Positions 51,110-63,299 are shown, numbered from the stretch's first letter. The stretch is DNA of 64,000 bases from Hydrolagus colliei (GCA_035084275.1 CM068742.1:39556001-39620000), one strand, 5' to 3'. Notes: generated by a model from the letters alone, not told the origin. Program-made: numbers and translations.

Positions 51110-51300
51110 ATTGTACACGAAGTAACATAATTTCAGGTTTATTAGCAAAGAAAATTAACAGGCTGGTGATAAGGAATTTCTTCACTCAAAGGGCTGTTAA
51201 GAGTTTGGAATTCATTGCCTCAAGTGGCTATCGAGGCTGGATAAGTAAGTTGTTTATACAGGAACTGATTGAGCAGTCAAAATATTTAGTGATATTGGGA
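51110..51300 (+). pseudogene. CR1 ORF2 C-terminal remnant
   Basis: Encodes RNFFTQRAV, then after a frameshift WNSLPQVAIEA, the classic CR1 ORF2 terminal motif. Confidence 0.75.
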
Positions 51301-52781
51301 GAGCTATAATATGGGTTTGAAAAAAAGTAATTTTGAATTTGAAAAATAGGGAGCCGTACGATAGACATAATGGTTCAAATTGCGCATTGTGGGTAAAACA
51401 AAATCAGATCACTGGTGAATCCAAGAGCAAGTGCTAGGCATCAGATGCCTCCTAAGTACATCACTTCACATTTTCCTCCTTCTCCTTGCTCTCTCAATTT
51501 GTGGTGTAATTATTGTAAAGCAACAATGTGAGACATCAATGGCCCGCAGCTAACTGCCCTCAGAAATTCCAGGTACTTACCAACATTCCACAAAAGGGTC
51601 AAATATGCAAATACCAAACGCAACCTTGAGGCTGTAGAGCCGCACTTCTTCCTGTCAGGGGTAACCACCTTGCCAAAGGGAGAAAAGAAACTCCTGCTAA
51701 AGAAGGCATTGTTTGCAATGAATTGAAGGAGCATTAGAAAAGTTTGGGACACCTTTGAAAGCCATTCCGTGGATGAAAGAAATGCCACTGGCGACACCCT
51801 TATCCCCACCTCCTTTTCAAGGTAGCACAGGTGATACTGAGGCCATCAGATGTTTGTAGCATTGCCTCAGGACATGGGCTCTCTCCATTCTTGTGAATGA
51901 GGTGAGTGAATGAGTGAGTGAGTGTTCAGCTGTCTTGTCGACAGGCTGACCATGTGGACCTTTTTTTCCGTTATCTAATTAAATAAAGAACCATTCTGTG
52001 GAGATTAAAGAAAGTAATCCTATAACATCTTTATAGTTTAAACACTCACATTTACAGGGCAATGACCTGTTTTTGAACTGTTGTCCCTGATTAGTAAATA
52101 AGCCACAGTGACTCAGTGACACAACTGACTGATATCAGTTTCCATTTATTACATTTACAGTGTATAAGTAATTCAGCCTGCAGTCAATATGGAATTTATG
52201 GCAGGACAGATTTTCCCTTTTGGCAATAAGGTGGAGTTATCACACTCTGATCTCTCTATACAATAACCTCTTTGTTTCTTGTTTATAAAGCCTTGTGACA
52301 GACTCTATTGTAGTGGTGTTTCAGAAAAAGCGGCACTAAAAATTCTGAGTAAGGTAACACCCTGCTCTTTAAGTGGAACAAATATGATTCCTGGAAATTG
52401 GAGTGACTCCTATTGGCATGAAATTGACAACCACTGATTACTGTTGTAGTCGCCTTCTGATTCTGTGCTTTGGATACATAGATTAATAAATCCTGTCCGG
52501 ACAAACCCAGTGAGCAACTCTCCAGAGATGTGTGGGTGCTCTTATGGACTTGGAGTCACAGCAGAGTAAGGGTTAACAAAGTGATTTCAGAGGTGTTAGG
52601 AACTGGCACAGGCTAGTGGGCCAAATGGACTGTTTCCGTGTTGTAATGTTCCGTATAATCTGTCCTGACAGCTTGGGTGTGTTAGTCATAGTCATTCTGT
52701 GGTTCGAATAGTCTTCAAATAAATTGGTCACTCATTTAATGGTTGTTTGTGAAACTGTGAGGTTTGTCATCAATAGAGGTG

Positions 52782-52945
52782 AATCATAGAATTTTACGGC
52801 AGAAAAGGAGGCCATTCGGTCCATCTAGTCTGTGCTGGCTCTTTGAAATGAGCAACTCAATCCCACTGCCCTGCTCTCTCCCCATAACCTAACAGACCCG
52901 TTCTCCCTAAATAAAGATCTAATTCACTTTTAAAAGCTGAAGTCG
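52782..52945 (-). mobile_element. CR1 3' end
   Basis: CATAGAATTTTACGGCAGAAAAGGAGGCCATTCGGTCCATC...GTGCTGGCTCTTTG...ATCCCACT; paralog at 56995. Confidence 0.75.
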
Positions 52946-55900
52946 AGTATAAGGGGTATTAAGCAATACTTGCACATTCCTTGACTCTCTCCTTGAGCTT
53001 GCTTGAGTATCTTCAGGAATCGGAGAGACATTTTCTAATTAAATCACCTTTAACCCGGACTGGTTATGTTTTATTTTCTCTGTATTACCTCTGACAGGCT
53101 AGTACCAGGAGAGATGTGCAGAGTGAATCTTGTGTGGGTGGGGGGGGAATTCTCCCAGGAGTGGACTTGATGTCCCACTGGGTCTCTTTAAGCCCTTGCT
53201 GTTTAAATATCTTTGTATGAACCTTGCTGTGTGCAAATTGGCTGCTGTGTTTGGCTATAAGAACACTTACTGTACTTGACTGCAATTACCTGTAAAGTGT
53301 TTGGAGACATTTAGACGTACCTAGCTTCTGAGACATTTTGACATGCCCAGCTTGAAGCGAGTAAGTACTTTTCCCGCTAATTGGATTGTTACACTCTGTT
53401 TGTGTTTCTTACTGGTGTGGTTAAGGGTAGCACAGCTATATGGACCATATGTTCCTGTAATGAGCTGAAATTCAGGGCCCACAAGATCCCCATGCAAGAC
53501 TATTCCGGGGCATCTACCATTGTTGCAAGTAGGTCTCCAGGCACCTGAATTTAGTGGCAGATGTAATCTGTTGGCTTGGCTATTGGTAAGAGGGTGGTTC
53601 CATTTTCATGAGTGTGCACCGCCCCTCCCCCCACCACCACCACCAGATTAGGATATCGTGGTGGCAATATCAATGTGTTTTATGATGGCAGGGGCTCCCT
53701 TGTTGGCTTGGGGCCCCATGAAATTGCATGGGTCGTATGTGCCTTAAACCACAAGTGTTGGAAGGCACAAGGTTAATAAATAAACTATGCTTACGAAGCC
53801 TCAGGATTGATTTCTGCAGGAATCAGTCATAGTTTGTGTTGCAAATTTGCGTTTCTTGTGAATTTGCAGAATTGTTGCAAACAGCCCGGTTTAGATGGAA
53901 AACCTTCTATTGGATTTTGCAGAAAACCCTCCTGGCCTTTCCATCTCGGATTTGCACAGGAAAGTGAAGTAGGAGATTCACAATAGACTAATATGAAAAG
54001 CTGATGCGAAATCTCCCATGGATTTAAACTGAAAATCAGATATGATCACAAGCCAACAAATGAATCGGCTCCCGATCTATTTCAATGCCAAGGAGATCGG
54101 AATGTTCGGAATTGCACACTACTCAGCACCAAAACCATAGGTGGGTCATTCTAACACCTCCTGCTTTAGGACAGCCATCACCATAATCCCTGTGGGGATC
54201 ATATAATCTAGATGAGTCCATTCTGACTCAAGTGGAAACTGATCTGAATTTTTATTGTAATATAAGCAGGCCTGGAAATGCTAAAATGAGTACTGGGCAC
54301 TTAGAGCTGCAGTTTGCATTGACGTCTGCTGTCGTTAGGACTGCATAATTCTGAGTTATCCCACACCTTGTTAATCAGATACAACACTGCATGCAGTGAC
54401 ATGAGAACATAAGAAAATAAGAAACAAGGAAAATGGTATTGGGTCCTCAAAGGCCTACCTCTGACCAAACACATAGAATTTGCATTGGCATAAACCCACC
54501 TCAATTTAACCTCCCAATGGAATGGAATAAGTACAGATAAAACTACCAAGAAAATAAAAACGAGATTTCACCCCAATTTCCCCAGGTAATTTGGAGAAAC
54601 TCCAGGCAACCACCCGACATTGCAGTCCAGGTCTGACAGATTGTGTTAGAAATTCATTTCTAATGATTTAAGGAGGAAAATATTGGAAAGTCCGCATTCA
54701 CTCTTGAAATGTCACACCTTTACGGTGTCTTGGGTAACTGGTTAAATAAGGCATTCCGAAAACCAATTTACACGTCAGAACAAGTTAATGATAATCTTTG
54801 CAGTTGATATAGCCCTTTATCATATCAAGACATCTCAAGGCGCTTTAGTGTTTTTCTGTAAAATGTAGTGAGGATCTATTTATAGGTGAACGAGGTGGCC
54901 AATTTGCAAAGAGACAGACATGAATGGATAACTTTTTCTCTGGAGGATAGTTAGTTAGGGCAATGTTGACGTTAATTCTATGCACTGATTTCACTTTTAT
55001 GTCCCACACCCTTTAGTTCGTGGTCCAAAAGTACATCAGATCTATTTGCTTACATTGTGGAATCTCATATCCTTTTGGAATGACTCAACTTCACCAATGT
55101 ACGTGTGCTGCTATGTCCCTGACACCTCCACCTCCCTCAGATCTTGGCCTAGGACTTGAATCCAGCTGCCATATGGGTGCTCACTGCCTCATTCCTCTGA
55201 CTGTACAGACATTATTGCTACTGTGCCTGGCTGCTCCTCTTGTATTGATCAAACATCTTGCTCAACTCCCCACTCCCCCTCTGTTCCTTAACTTAACAGG
55301 ACAGCTAAAGTGATCCTAACTAAAAGGATGTTAGCACATACTCTAGTGTTTGTCAAAAGTTGCCCTGTATAAGTGCAGAATGATATACTGATGCATTTCA
55401 CACTGTACAACAATAGAAAGAGGTTTCTATTTCCCCCTCCCTTTAAAAAAAACAGCGAAGCTTTGGATGACAGATAAGGCCCCTTAAATCCCTTGAGTGT
55501 TACGGGAAAGTTTCTGCAGACACGATAAGCTTAATGCTTGGGAGTGAAGCAGTGGAGCCTTGCGCACAAAGCACTGTTATGACTGCGCTGTAATCTTCCT
55601 TTTTGTTGCAGTCACTCAGCAGTGTTACCATTAAACATGGCAAGAGTTTCAGGTTTGGTGTGAGGTGCAAACATGCTTCACAGCCATAAAGCAGAGTGCT
55701 GAACCTAATAGGATTACATTGATGGATTGTTTTACAGTGCCTCAAAGAGGTAGGCTTCACTCAACAGTGTTAAAAACGCCTATTGTTTTAACAAGTCAAA
55801 GTTCAACCTCAGCCTTTCCCTATTATTCCAATGGCACACTTTTCCCAATATCCCAGAACACTTTGATATTACCATAGCAAATTGATGGCTAGGCTCCTGA

Positions 55901-56994
55901 GTGGTGCGTAAAATTGTACGAGATACCGTAATATGATTCACTCCGCTTTGTCACAATCACACTTCATCAGTTCTGACACTAGGACCTAATAGTACTTAAC
56001 AATTTAATAGTAGAATATTTTTCATTTAAAAAAAGGAGTGAAAAAAGTACTGAGGATTTATCTTCATTTATCCTACTGCTTTGTCGGGCAAATAATGAGG
56101 TTGAAACAAGAGTACTGTCCTTTCATTTACTCAATCCATGGATGAGAAAGACACGTCTTATTACAACGGTGACACAAGTCCCCCATATATACAAATAAAA
56201 TGTGTGAGCAGGATTGGGTAAAGAGGTTTGCTAACTCATCTAGCCTGAAATGAATAGAACATAACATGTTGCTTCAGGTATTCTTCTCTACTGTTGTGTA
56301 GTCTGAATTAAAATGTTGTTGCTGCAGTGAAATTTAAGGAAAGGGGAGGTTAAACATATGCATAGGATTGCTTCTGGTTCTGCTGATTTGAATGCCAAAC
56401 AGCACTCGATTGCCAATAAAGAGTTTAACATTTTTTTTCATTGGTTGAGACACCAAAGATGAGAGACTTACCAGTTCTTGGTTTACAAGCCACATCTTAT
56501 TTGCCACATTATTTTCTATGGATTATTTTCATTCTTGTTTTAATTATAGTTGCCTGTTTCCAGCAGAATGTGCATTACTCTACAGACAGGATATAGATTA
56601 CAGTGTGTCTGTTCGGGGCCACATTTCACCAGACTGGGCTGGGTTTTATCACTGAAGGTGAGCGCAGACTGTGCAATAGCGTGAGCTGTAGTTCTGCTTC
56701 AAGGTAAAGCAGCAAATGTGAAACGTCTGGAAGGACTGCTAGGTTCTTTATAGAAGTGCAAAGTTACCACAGCCTTGCGGTGCTTCAGCAGTAATCAGAA
56801 AGTCCCATTTATGATGGATTTTTTAACCTTAGGCCTTGGAAATGAGAGATCGTGTGAATGTAAAATGTTTACAGTGCAAAGTTATGTGTTTTTACAACAC
56901 ATTGTATTACCGTACTGCCTTTCAGCTTTAACTCAAAGAACTTTTAATAATATGCATTAATGCGGCTGGATGAAAAAGCAGTGTATCGTAATGT

Positions 56995-57185
56995 ATCACA
57001 GAATTATACAGCACAGAAAGAGGCCATTTAACCCATAATTTCTGTGCTGGCTCTTTGCAAAGAGCTGTCCAAATCAATCCCACTCCCTTGCTCTCTCTCC
57101 CCTGTAATATAAATGCTGTTTCTTATTCCTTCTACAATGTACATCTGTGTATAATACACACTCCAATCTTTTTGGAGAAGATTAC
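56995..57185 (-). mobile_element. CR1 3' end
   Basis: TACAGCACAGAAAGAGGCCATT...CTGTGCTGGCTCTTTGCAAAGAGCTGTCCAAATCAATCCCACTCC. Confidence 0.75.
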
Positions 57186-57279
57186 GGGAATGAGTGTGTA
57201 TTATCCATGACCGTTGGTACCCTAAACCGCTCAACTGTGCGTCAGTCGATTCATTGTCTGCCTCCCAAAAAAATGCACA

Positions 57280-57370
57280 CCATCATTAGATTTTATAGTA
57301 AATCCTGTGAAAGGGTTTGAGACGTCCTTGTGATGTGAAAAGCACTATATCAAATGCAAGGATCATCATT
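57280..57370 (+). mobile_element. SINE 3' tail
   Basis: CCTGTGAAAGGGTTTGAGACGTCCTTGTGATGTGAAAAGCACTATATCAAATGCAAGGATCATCATT. Confidence 0.8.
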
Positions 57371-57585
57371 CCCCTCTATTTTTGCCTCTCCAGCAAAATA
57401 ACCTGGGAGTTTACCAGTTGCACGTAAACTAGGTGTCTCCTGGGTCCCGCATTCCCTGTGTCCCGTGCCTACTGGGTTGATATTTTTCTTGCATAATGTG
57501 CACCCAAGACTTTTAGAATATGATTGAAACGGTATTATACATGGAACAATACAGTATATGTATTTTTACAATACAGAACTCGGGG

Positions 57586-57910
57586 ATAATATAATATTCC
57601 TTACTTTTGATATAGCACTTTTCATGTCTTCTAGACATTTCAAAGCGCTTCACAGAATATATGGTAAAGTGAATTTACTATATTTGTAGGCAAAACGAGG
57701 CAGCCAATTGCACACAGCAGTGTCCCACAAACAGTCGTGGATTGAAATGACCAATTTATTCTAGGTTTTTTTGGGGACGGATTATTATTAGGCATTTCGA
57801 GTAAGGAAACTTGCCCAAGGTTTCGCCCTGACCTGTCTAGATTTGAAACATGGATTTCTCATGCTTGTAAGGCGAGTGCTCTAACCAAAGCTACAGGACA
57901 TAATCTCCAC
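57586..57910 (-). mobile_element. Full-length tRNA-derived SINE
   Basis: Reverse-complement copy of 10114-10418, including the head (CTTGTAAGGCGAGTGCTCTAACC) and GAGTAAGGAAACTTGCCCAAGGTTTC. Confidence 0.92.
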
Positions 57911-58044
57911 AGTAGAGATCCTTCTACTGTGTCCCAAATAATGTGCTTCAATCTCAAACGCAGAAGACTATCCTTGATTTCCACCTCCCTACCCCCACCC
58001 CTGGCACCAGTGTGAATTCTTTTAATTTTCCACACAATCCCGGG

Positions 58045-58248
58045 GTCTCTCAGGGTGAGATTGTCAATTCATCGGTTTTGGGCTGTGAGTCCATCCCTAC
58101 AAGGAGCTGGATTGAGGCTGTCCAATTCCATTTCACACAAGATCCTTAAAGACAGTAAAGACATTCATCCCATCAGTCTGGGTTGGATTCGAACCCATGT
58201 CTCAGAGGGGAAAGGTCGATGTCTAACCCGCTGTGTCACCAAGTCTCC
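58045..58248 (-). mobile_element. LF-SINE-like tRNA-headed relic
   Basis: Minus strand: GGTGACACAGCGGGTTAG...CCTTTCCCCTCTGAGACATGGGTTCGAATCCAACCCAGAC...TGTGAAATGGAATTGGACAGCCTCAATCCAGCTCCT; perfect B box; layout resembles LF-SINE from memory. Confidence 0.6.
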
Positions 58249-58642
58249 GACAGAGCAAATTTTAAATGGCATTTTCTTCTACACACGCAGGAACTCTTGG
58301 AAATCCTATTAATAAAAAACATTATTAAAGAGAGCCGTCATCTTCATGAAAATCTTTTGACAACACTTTGCCTGTTTGTTTACAAATATACACCATGATA
58401 AAGCAAATTTTTCTACAGTGTGTTGTTATGCCACTTTGTGGGACATTTTTGAGATGAAATCGCTTCTCCTAATTTCCGCTCCCTACGAAAATAACCTGTC
58501 TGCCAGCATATTTTCATGCAGAAGGTGTCAGTTTACAATGAAATCATATAATTTCTGATAAGCCATGTTAAATATTGCATCCACTTACAAAGGATCAGCT
58601 CAGAGCCAGAGGCCTTTGTTCTTACAGCAGATTTGGTTTACT

Positions 58643-58661
58643 CTCCCACCAGATGGCGGCT
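58643..58661 (+). promoter_or_regulatory. CTCF-like binding motif
   Basis: CCACCAGATGGCGGC closely matches the CTCF core consensus and lies outside obvious repeats. Confidence 0.6.
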
Positions 58662-59134
58662 CCCTGCAGTGGAAATTCTGCTCCTTCACCAGCCTCATGT
58701 CCTCTCTATAAGCAAACGTTAGTTATTAAAGAAGAACTTGCATTTTGATAGCACCTCACACATTAAAATGTCTATAAAGTTCTTTACAATAATCACTGTA
58801 CTATCAAGCATAGTGACTTCAGGGTCACTGGGGTCTATTGTAGTAAAAATATCTATCATTTTGTTACATCATTTTTTTTCAGATGAGTTCCTGTCAACAT
58901 AAATTACTTGATGTTATTTGATTTTGTGATAGATGTATTGCCGGCAATTGGATGAGTCAACTAAAGATAGAAAATCCCTGCTAGAAAGCGTACCTAGTTG
59001 AGCACAACCTCACTGATAACCCAATGGTCAAATGACGGGTCATCAGGTCACCAATGAAATCACTTTCTGTGTTATGCGCGCTGTGCAGAAAGTCCCACTA
59101 ATTATTTTCTTCTGAAATAAAAGTGTGACTATAA

Positions 59135-59556
59135 CAATAATAATCTTTGATTTGATATGGCCCCTTATAATGCAAGTGCGCTGCACATAGGAATCACATT
59201 GTCGAAACATTTAAAAACTGTTCGGTTTTCCGTGAAGTGTAGTGATTGAGTATTTGTAAGCGAAGGCGGCAGCCAATTTGCACAAATAGCCATGGAGTGA
59301 ATGACCAATTTTATTTGGGGGATTTGTTAATCAGGACACTGGGAGAAAATCCCTTCTCTTTTCGAACAGTGCTATGGGATCTTGAACGTCCATCTGATTA
59401 GGCAGGCAGGAGTTTAGTTTTCCATCTCATCTGAAGGACAGGACAGAATATCCAACAATGCACCCTAGCACTGTACTAGAGTATCAGTAGATTGTAGAAA
59501 ATGTGAGTTCAAAGTCCTGACATGGGGCTTGAACCTGTAACCTCCTGCTTCAGAAG
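59135..59556 (-). mobile_element. Near full-length DeuSINE-like element
   Basis: Tail and body shared with the young SINE, followed by AACAGTGCTATGGGATCTTGAACGTCCATCTGA...TCTCATCTGAAGGAC...GGGGCTTGAACC (Deu-like core and reversed B box). Confidence 0.7.
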
Positions 59557-59600
59557 GAACAGCTGATACCTGATGCATGTTCGCTATGTAAAGCACTTTG

Positions 59601-59660
59601 AAGCGCTCTGAGACACCGTCTGGCGTGCGCTATATAAATCCAAGTTGTAGTTGTTGTTGT
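59601..59660 (+). mobile_element. L2-type tail, GCGCTCT subfamily
   Basis: AAGCGCTCTGAGACACCGTCTGGCGTGCGCTATATAAATCCAAGTTGTAGTTGTTGTTG. Confidence 0.65.
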
Positions 59661-61067
59661 AAAGGAATCATCACTGTCACAAGGGAAATGTGATCAGCTG
59701 TGTTTCTTGCATGGAATTTTAGTCCCACTGTCTACCTCTTGTAGAGATTCTGGGAGTCTGTGTGTACTGAGCATACACAAGCAGTATTGAAATACAGGAA
59801 CAGGAAATACCCCAAGTTCAGCAAAACAGCAACAGCGACAACTTGCATTTATATAGCACTTTTCACATGGAACAACATCTCTTGTAGACTTCAATAACAG
59901 TGGGCTCTGCCCCAGCCCATTGTGTGGAGCAGGATTTAGGGATTCTTGTCAACTTAAGCCTATCATCATTTTTGCAAAAACACTGAACGTTTTGCTGACG
60001 GCACACAATAATTGTGTCAGCAAATTTCCTTTCAATAAAGTTTAACATTTGTCATTCTGTTTGGACGCACTCCTCCCTCGCTCCCAAAGAAATATCTTTG
60101 TATAACCAGAGGCTGCATTCACACAAATGTCATTCCTCAGCCACATGCCACAATGGAGTTACCCAAAGGAATTTGTGGAAGTGATTTTTTAATATCAACC
60201 ATAGTTATCATGTTTGAAGCCTAATTATTGTGCCCTCGTGTTCCAATGGGTTTTGTTTGTACATCACCAACCTATTTAGAGTGTGATTGATTCCTTAAGC
60301 AACATCCATTGCACGTCAATAGACATGGCTTCCATGAAACCAGAGAAAAGCTTTCTCATTAAAGTACTCAGATGTACAGACACACATCCCCTCCCTTTGA
60401 GAAATGTGATGCATTATCAATTCGCATACAGGGCTGTCAGTCAAAGCAAAGTCTAACAATGTTAAACAAACTAGGCAGGCACATTACTGAAATGACCATT
60501 CTGGACTTAGTCAGAAGAAACAGGAGTTCGCTAATTGGGTGGAAGTGTGTGCAAACACAGAGACACCGACAGTAGCGATATTTTCTTAACAGGTCCTGCC
60601 ATCTGTCAGTGTCTGCTCATGGCCCAGTCTGCACTGTAGGTTTTGGGTCATGTTCACAGAATATTTATACATTGGTTGAGTTAAGGGGGTGGTGGTGGGA
60701 GCGGGGGCGGGGTGGTGCTGCTGCGTGTCTCAAGCAATATTTCTGTCTGGCAACCCGGGACTTCCTAAAATAAATGAACTTTCCCCTACCGTCCTCCTAT
60801 AGCACTCAAGATGGCAAGCTGTGTGGCTGCACTGTGATCTTTAGTTAATGAATTCTTCCAGGGGGCCTTACAATATGCTGACACTGAAGTTGGTGTTTGA
60901 AGATTTAGCTCTGCAAAAGCAGGATTGTGTAAATGATGGCAGTGAATTCACAGCCTATAATCAAGTTTGGTGGTGCCCTTGGTAGAAGCACTTTTAAACC
61001 TTTGAGATTATTGATCAGCTAGGTGTTGCCAATGCTAGTTGGTGCTATGGGTAAATAATAAGATAGA

Positions 61068-61118
61068 AACAACAACAACAAAATTACACTTGTGTAACAC
61101 CTTTCACGTCAGGAGGAC
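61068..61118 (-). mobile_element. L2 3' tail
   Basis: (ACA)n followed by AAATTACACTTGTGTAACACCTTTCACGTCAGGAGGAC; nearly the same as 40445-40498. Confidence 0.75.
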
Positions 61119-61882
61119 AGGAGTAACAGATCGAGAAGTGACATCAAAGTCAGAGGCAAAGTGGCTCTATCCTTGCCTCCCTGGGTTTGCACTGGCTGGA
61201 TCTGTTCCAGTGTTAAGTGCTTCTGCACAGAGATAAAATCTCAGCCCCTACCTTACACAGGGAACTTTATCACTGGGTCCTCGTGTGAGCATCTCTCTGC
61301 AGAGAGTTCTTGCTCCTTCAGAGCGATTGCTATTGGAAAGGCTGCAATTAATCAAATCACAGGATGCAAAATTGAATGCCAGGGGATCGTTTTGAATATC
61401 TAGATCACAAGTTTTCTGAGACTTAGTTAGTCATTGCATAGATATGCAGAAAGGAGGTTGGCTTCTGTGCAAAATCTTAGCTTTGTCCATGCTGAAGTCT
61501 CATCTGTTTTGGATAAGATTTAATTATTTATATGGAAATCAAATGCCATATTGACAAATGGATGTTCTTATCAACATCGATCCTTTCAAATGAACTCACA
61601 ATCCAACCTTTTCTCACCTTTTCCTCTCCCGAAGCCTTATTTATGCTGAACATACCGAGCTATGCAGTCCCCCAAGACCTCACCGAGTGAGTCATTCTCT
61701 ATGCATGAGCGCAGACAATGGGAGATCTCACATGAGAGACTGTGGAGACATCACAATGAAGCCCAACCCCAATCTTATCTGCATGTGAAATACGCATACG
61801 AATTCTCACACTAACATTGAGCCACAGCAGAAACACTGTTTGATTTAGATTTCCCAATCCAATAATATTTCCACTTGATATT

Positions 61883-61996
61883 GTGCCTTTTGCCCACAAA
61901 AATATACAGTCAATTCACTTTACAGTATATTCTGTGAAGCGCTTTGAGCCGTCTAGAAGATGTGAAAAGAGCTATATCAAACGCAAGGATTATTAT
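61883..61996 (+). mobile_element. SINE 3' fragment
   Basis: TTTTGCCCACAAAAATATACAGTCAATTCACTTTACAGTATATTCTGTGAAGCGCTTTGAG...GGATTATTATT. Confidence 0.88.
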
Positions 61997-62013
61997 TTCA
62001 CTTACGGAGGTAG

Positions 62014-62519
62014 CAGCTCTGCAGCCTGAGCCCTCTCCCGCACTAAGCTCCGCGACCACATCACTCCCACCCTTGCAGGGCTCGATTGGCTCCTTATCTC
62101 CCAGAGGATCCAAATCAAGATCTTTGTCCTCACTTTCAAGGCCATTCACGGTCTTGGCCCCTCCTATTTCTCCGACCTGCTGACTCTCTATCAACCAGCC
62201 TACCCACTCGGTTCAGCGGGCTCTAATCTGCTCCAAGTCTCCCGCCCTACCATTGGTGGCTAGGTTTTCAGCCTCTTAGCCCCCACACTCTGGAACTCCA
62301 TCCAACAGTCCATTTGCCTCGCTTCCTCCCTTGCCTCCTTCAAAGCCGGTCTCCAGACCCTCCTTTTCGATCGTGCCTTCTGCCCTCCCAACTCTCTCCC
62401 TCTTCTCCCACCCACCGTGCCTCCCTCACTTGCTCGGTTCCTGACCCCTGATTGTTCAGCGACTTGGGACGTTCTCCGGACGTAGAAGGCGCTCTATAAA
62501 TGTAATTTTGTTGTTGTTG
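62014..62519 (+). mobile_element. 5'-truncated L2 LINE (ORF2 C-terminus plus 3' UTR)
   Basis: Translates as SAA*ALSRTKLRDHITPTLAGLDWLLISQRIQIKIFVLTFKAIHGLGPSYFSDLL...APTLWNSI...SFKAGLQTLLF, the L2-clade terminal motif with two stops, then a stem-loop and (TTG)n tail. Confidence 0.92.
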
Positions 62520-62648
62520 CCTCGAGGTATTTTGCAAGATATACTGTAAAGTGGAGGCATTGTGTTTATTTAGTGGGCAAATGAGTACTCCACATGAGCT
62601 TGTACCCCTTCTTATCCCTTCTCATATACCCTGTATTCCCTTCTCATA

Positions 62649-62968
62649 TCTATATACTGTATATAAAAGGTATGTTTAGGTATGTTTCCGCAATTGTGCC
62701 TCCTGATGCGGATGGCGCTGTGTCAAATTTATCTTCTAATTACTGTATATAAAAGCCTTAGGTACATTTTCGCAATTGTAACAATGAACTTCTAAAAGCA
62801 AAAGAAAAACCAAATTAGCTTAAAAAAAACAAAGAAAAACAACCCAGTGATTAAAGCTCACCTTTTTCTTGTAAACAACAAATACATTATTTTGAAAAAG
62901 TTTTGAAATATATGAATAAACGTGTTCAAAAACACTAGGCCGCATATGTCATGCGGGGGTATAGCTAG
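62649..62968 (+). mobile_element. Probable non-autonomous Helitron
   Basis: 5' A|TCTATATA...; 3' hairpin CCGCAT-ATGTC-ATGCGG, 8 nt before CTAG|T; no TSD. Confidence 0.65.
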
Positions 62969-63299
62969 TACCCTGTTATTCCCGTCTCCCTCAAATTAGA
63001 CATGCCACACTCCATTGTCTGAGAATTGGTGAAAAGTAGCTTCTGCCTATATGTAAGTTCTTACTTTCTTCTCATACCCTTGTAATGATGTTCACAAGGG
63101 CATAACAATTCTAACAACTTATCTCTTTGTATATATCTTCAGTCACCTTCCTCCTACTTTCATGGGTTCCACCTATCCCAGTGATCCAGACTGAAGTAAA
63201 AAAAACTCCCAAGACATTATATGTGCAAGTTGTTGCCCCAGTGTGAATCTGCTTCAGCTCAGTAAGAAATGACCCCATGCATTTGAACTCTTGTAATTT

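Noticed and set aside
56564-56657. Possible exon ending in GAAG|GTGAGC
   Set aside because: Good donor, but two frames are stopped and the third gives an unrecognisable peptide; such sites are common by chance.
61910-62194. ORFs listed at 61910 and 61944
   Set aside because: Off-frame or antisense readings of the SINE and L2 remnant; the true L2 frame contains stops.
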